DNA from: Clostridia bacterium
GTDB taxonomy: Bacteria > Bacillota > Clostridia > UBA1212 > DUPL01
Length of the DNA stretch: 64,000 nucleotides
Assembly (NCBI GenBank): GCA_050951325.1
Contig: JBMNIW010000011.1
Coordinates: 1-64,000, forward strand
Reading direction: 5' to 3'
The position numbers and the translations under genes were made by a program. Below are positions 60,708 to 64,000 of this stretch, piece by piece; position 1 is the stretch's first letter; each line of letters begins with the position of its first letter. The notes beneath the pieces were generated by a model. The model did no database searches. It was not told where the DNA came from and saw only the letters and a program-made list of their open reading frames with translations.

Positions 60708-62444
60708 ATGTATATATCAAAGATAAGGATATATGGTTTTGGTAGATTAAAGAATCTTGAGATGGATTTCTCAAAGGACATAAATATTATTTACGGGCCT
60801 AATGAAAGTGGCAAATCCACAATCCTGGCATTCATCAAAGCCTGCTTGTATGGCCTTTCTTCAAGAGGCAATTTAAGCGAAAGAACAAAGTATGCGCCTT
60901 GGGACAACCCTCAAAGTTTTGGGGGAGAGATTTTCTTTGAGCATGAGAATAGAAAATACAGATACATATGCACTTTTGGCAAATCAAAGCGTAATAATGA
61001 GTATACATTATACAACGAAACCACAGGTGAAAAGGTTACAATTCCAAGTGGCATGTCTTTGGGAGAATACATTTTCAATCTTTCCGAAGGCGCTTTTGAT
61101 TCCTCTATTTTCGCACCCCAGCTGCAATCAAAAATCGATGCATCCAGGGACAAAGATGGTCAGATAATGTCATTGATCGCAAAGTCGCAAGTTGGCGAGG
61201 AAGAATCCATCAATATTGTTGAAAGAAGACTTAAAAATGCAATGGACACCATAAAAGCCCCCAGATCCGGAAAAGGCATTTTGGACAAGCTGTATGCACT
61301 AAAAAAAGAAAACGATGATGCTTTTAACAAAATAAAGGAGGAAGAGGACCACCTCAAGATGATAAAGATAGAGCTTGAAAGTCTTGTTGCGGAAAAAGAG
61401 GAAATTGACGAGAGAATAAATTTTTTCTACGCCAAGGAAAGAATAAGGCATAGAAACATGGTGTTTCAGCAGATGTCGAAAATTGACCACCTGCAGGAAG
61501 CCATGCAGAAAACTTCCGAAAAAAGGGCAAAACCATCCTCCAAGATCTACTACATTTCAACCCTTCTTTTATTGGTTCTTTCCGGAGTACTGTACTTTTT
61601 ACCCATTCCCACTCCTTTTGCCTTTATACCCATTCTTTTTGTAATGGTTTTGTCAGTACTTGCCTCAAGACAAAAGAACGAGGTCAACAAGGCAGCCATG
61701 ACTATGATGGAGCTAAAAAAGGAAACAGAGTTGCTTGAGCACATGCTTCAAGGAAAAGATCTGTCAGAACATGAAAAGGATTGGAAGAAGGCAGAAGAAG
61801 TATTAAGGAATTCAAAAGGCTTTGAAGAAGAGAGCATTAATGTGCTGGTAAAAAGGCAGGAAGAACTAACCAAAATGATTGCTTTTAAAAACGCCCAAAT
61901 ACAGACCGCAAAGAGTGCGTTTGATTATGCTTCTCTTCTTGAAGAAAAGAAACACCTGAAAGAGAAAACAAATTACTATGAGGATAAATATAAAGCTTTG
62001 GAAATAGCTTATGAGACCGTAAGGGATTCATACAGTCAGCTGCAAAACCTTTTCGGTCCGAAAATAGCTGATGAAACAGGCAAAATATTAAAAGTTCTTA
62101 CAAACAGCACTCATGACAATATAAGGATTTCGAAAGATTTTGACATATCCGTGGATGAGGAAACAGGCTACTTCCCTCACCAGTTCTACAGCGGAGGTAC
62201 CATTGACCAGGTATATCTTGCTTTCAGGCTTGCTGTAAGTAAAATTATTGCACCATATGGAGCACTTCCTTTGTACCTGGATGACCCTTTTGTGCAGTAC
62301 GACGATGAGAGACTAGAAAGTGCAATGTATTGCATAAAAAAACACAACAGCATTCACAACAATCAGATTATTCTTACTGCTTGTCATAAAAGAATACTGC
62401 CGCATGTAAAAAACATACGGCAGGTAAATTTAATAAATATTTAA
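60708..62444 (+). CDS. YhaN/SbcE-like SMC-type ATPase with internal TM segments
   Basis: GPNESGKST, coiled coils, SGGT.DQVYLAFRLA, LDDPFVQYDDER. Confidence 0.9.
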   Translation: MYISKIRIYGFGRLKNLEMDFSKDINIIYGPNESGKSTILAFIKACLYGLSSRGNLSERTKYAPWDNPQSFGGEIFFEHENRKYRYICTFGKSKRNNEYTLYNETTGEKVTIPSGMSLGEYIFNLSEGAFDSSIFAPQLQSKIDASRDKDGQIMSLIAKSQVGEEESINIVERRLKNAMDTIKAPRSGKGILDKLYALKKENDDAFNKIKEEEDHLKMIKIELESLVAEKEEIDERINFFYAKERIRHRNMVFQQMSKIDHLQEAMQKTSEKRAKPSSKIYYISTLLLLVLSGVLYFLPIPTPFAFIPILFVMVLSVLASRQKNEVNKAAMTMMELKKETELLEHMLQGKDLSEHEKDWKKAEEVLRNSKGFEEESINVLVKRQEELTKMIAFKNAQIQTAKSAFDYASLLEEKKHLKEKTNYYEDKYKALEIAYETVRDSYSQLQNLFGPKIADETGKILKVLTNSTHDNIRISKDFDISVDEETGYFPHQFYSGGTIDQVYLAFRLAVSKIIAPYGALPLYLDDPFVQYDDERLESAMYCIKKHNSIHNNQIILTACHKRILPHVKNIRQVNLINI

Positions 62445-64000
62445 GCTGTTTCAGAATATACGTAGTTCATTCTGCCAATGGGAGCGGCATCTCCATCGGT
62501 ATAGAAGGACCAGAAATCATCTTCCTGATAATTGTCCGCCCATTTGAACTGGATATCTATTTTCTTTCCTTTGAGTCCCAATGCTTCACGAGGAACTGCG
62601 ATTTGAAGTTTGTTACCTCCATATTTAAAGCTAAGCTTTGCAGCTTCCTCCCAATTGAACCCTCCGGTGCATTTCTCAAGATACGCATCCCAGTCAGGGT
62701 TCTTTCTGTTTACAACAAAATCGTATCCATACCAGTTATCATTCTTTTTGTTTCCGGTACTGATGAACAAGTTCATCCAGTGTTTGTCTGAAGGATGGGT
62801 CAAATCCTCTTTTGTTTCCACATAGAAATATATGAAGTTGTCATCATGGGCAACTTTCATGGTAACAATATCATTTCTGCCGCTTTCATTTTTGTAGGTT
62901 ACATTGCCATAACCTCTTGCATTTCTGTATGCTGTATCTCCGGAATAGTCCGTGTACACAGCCTTTGCATTGTCCCACTGGTCGAACCCGCCGCTTATGT
63001 CAATTGTAAGGGTTTCAGTGGCATTCACAGGGGGTCTTGCACCCTTGAACCTGCGTATGTTATGTATCATCTGCAAATAGTAGTTGTCGCCATATCCGTC
63101 CTTCATAGGTTCTGCATCACGGCTTGTGTTGATGTCGCAAGCGTCAACAAACAGAAGAGGTTTGTTGCCTTTTGGTCCCCAGTTTCCTGCAATCCATTCG
63201 TTCCATCCAGTTACGAATATGATGTCGGGGTCTTGTGAGATTGCATAATCCCACTGCTCCTGGAAGTTATACCCATGAAGGTAAGCGCCTTCAGATTTGT
63301 CGTTCTTGCCCTTGTGATATGAGCGGGTCCAGTTGGTGTCGTCACCGTAAAGGGCTGTGTCACTGAAGGCCACAGTGCTCTGATGCTGCGCTATCGACAC
63401 ACTGATAATGGTGGTGCCTAAGGATTTTCCAAACACATGCTGAGGTCTTTCAAATGCCATCCATGGGAAACCATCTTCATGGTAGAGCATTTTGCCTGTG
63501 GAATCCTTTTCATTAGGCCACTGACTATGTTTTATGGTAAAGAATTCTTTAACCTCGTCACTGGTGTTGGGGTCTTCAGGTCTCCCAATTATCAAGGGTT
63601 TTCCATCGAGGTGGAACCAAATATCCTTGTATTCAGGATGTTTTTTATAAACTTGCTCGTATGCCTGGTTCATTCTCTTCCCCGTATCCGTATTGGTATA
63701 GAATACAACCTTTGGCACATCCCAACCCTGCTGGTAGTACTCGTAAAGTATTGCCATAAGTTTTAATGCCGTGTCTGCATATACGCTGTTATTTGTAGTA
63801 TCAAATACAAGAAAGTCCACATCTGCATCCGTCAGCATTTGTACATGCTTTCTAAGCACCCATTCATCGTTTGCATAGTAGTAACCGAATAATGGCTCTC
63901 CCCACCAGTGCATTACGCTAAATCCACCCCACAATTCCGGTTTCCATGCTGCCTCCGGATCCGATGCCATTATCTTCGTAATATCATGCACTTTGGAGGT
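62441..64000 (-). CDS. Putative glycoside hydrolase (GH71/99-like barrel), 5' end outside the window
   Basis: WGEPLFGYY..WVLRKH..DFLVFDTTN, GKPLI, TGWNEW. Confidence 0.6.
   Translation of the reverse strand, partial: TSKVHDITKIMASDPEAAWKPELWGGFSVMHWWGEPLFGYYYANDEWVLRKHVQMLTDADVDFLVFDTTNNSVYADTALKLMAILYEYYQQGWDVPKVVFYTNTDTGKRMNQAYEQVYKKHPEYKDIWFHLDGKPLIIGRPEDPNTSDEVKEFFTIKHSQWPNEKDSTGKMLYHEDGFPWMAFERPQHVFGKSLGTTIISVSIAQHQSTVAFSDTALYGDDTNWTRSYHKGKNDKSEGAYLHGYNFQEQWDYAISQDPDIIFVTGWNEWIAGNWGPKGNKPLLFVDACDINTSRDAEPMKDGYGDNYYLQMIHNIRRFKGARPPVNATETLTIDISGGFDQWDNAKAVYTDYSGDTAYRNARGYGNVTYKNESGRNDIVTMKVAHDDNFIYFYVETKEDLTHPSDKHWMNLFISTGNKKNDNWYGYDFVVNRKNPDWDAYLEKCTGGFNWEEAAKLSFKYGGNKLQIAVPREALGLKGKKIDIQFKWADNYQEDDFWSFYTDGDAAPIGRMNYVYSETA

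Noticed and set aside
59673-62444. Nuclease + SMC ATPase pair as a novel defence system
   Set aside because: Matches the widespread YhaO/YhaN pair in a housekeeping context with host-like composition.
474-63766. Numerous 60-190 aa ORFs antisense to or overlapping the called genes
   Set aside because: Shadow frames of well-supported genes, with no RBS or recognisable motifs.

Overview
64-kb chromosomal segment of a spore-forming clostridial Firmicute (spoIIID, ypeB, a CotS-family gene, a SPOCS/LysM coat morphogen, ispE, murA, rlmH, acpS, pst/pho operon, LCP/CapD cell-wall genes, carbohydrate-active enzymes). Three accessory zones stand out. (1) 1-5436: a stack of IS elements in which each IS21-family copy abuts a truncated terminal repeat of the next element. 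(2) 21695-28148: a 6.45-kb tyrosine-integrase, phage/satellite-like element bounded by a 9-bp repeat (GACTTATTA). It carries the 3' half of a tRNA-Leu-like gene but sits inside a SAM-methyltransferase gene. Joining the two flanks restores a 342-aa ORF, and that gene is preceded by a leader peptide overlapping a terminator hairpin. The element also holds two tandem palindrome+HTH gene fragments, an internal copy of its arm-type repeats, iteron-like repeats and an IS4. (3) 49900-52760: a decayed RHS toxin-tip/immunity array. phoR is frameshifted. All calls come from reading the sequence and recalled motifs; no database searches were run.
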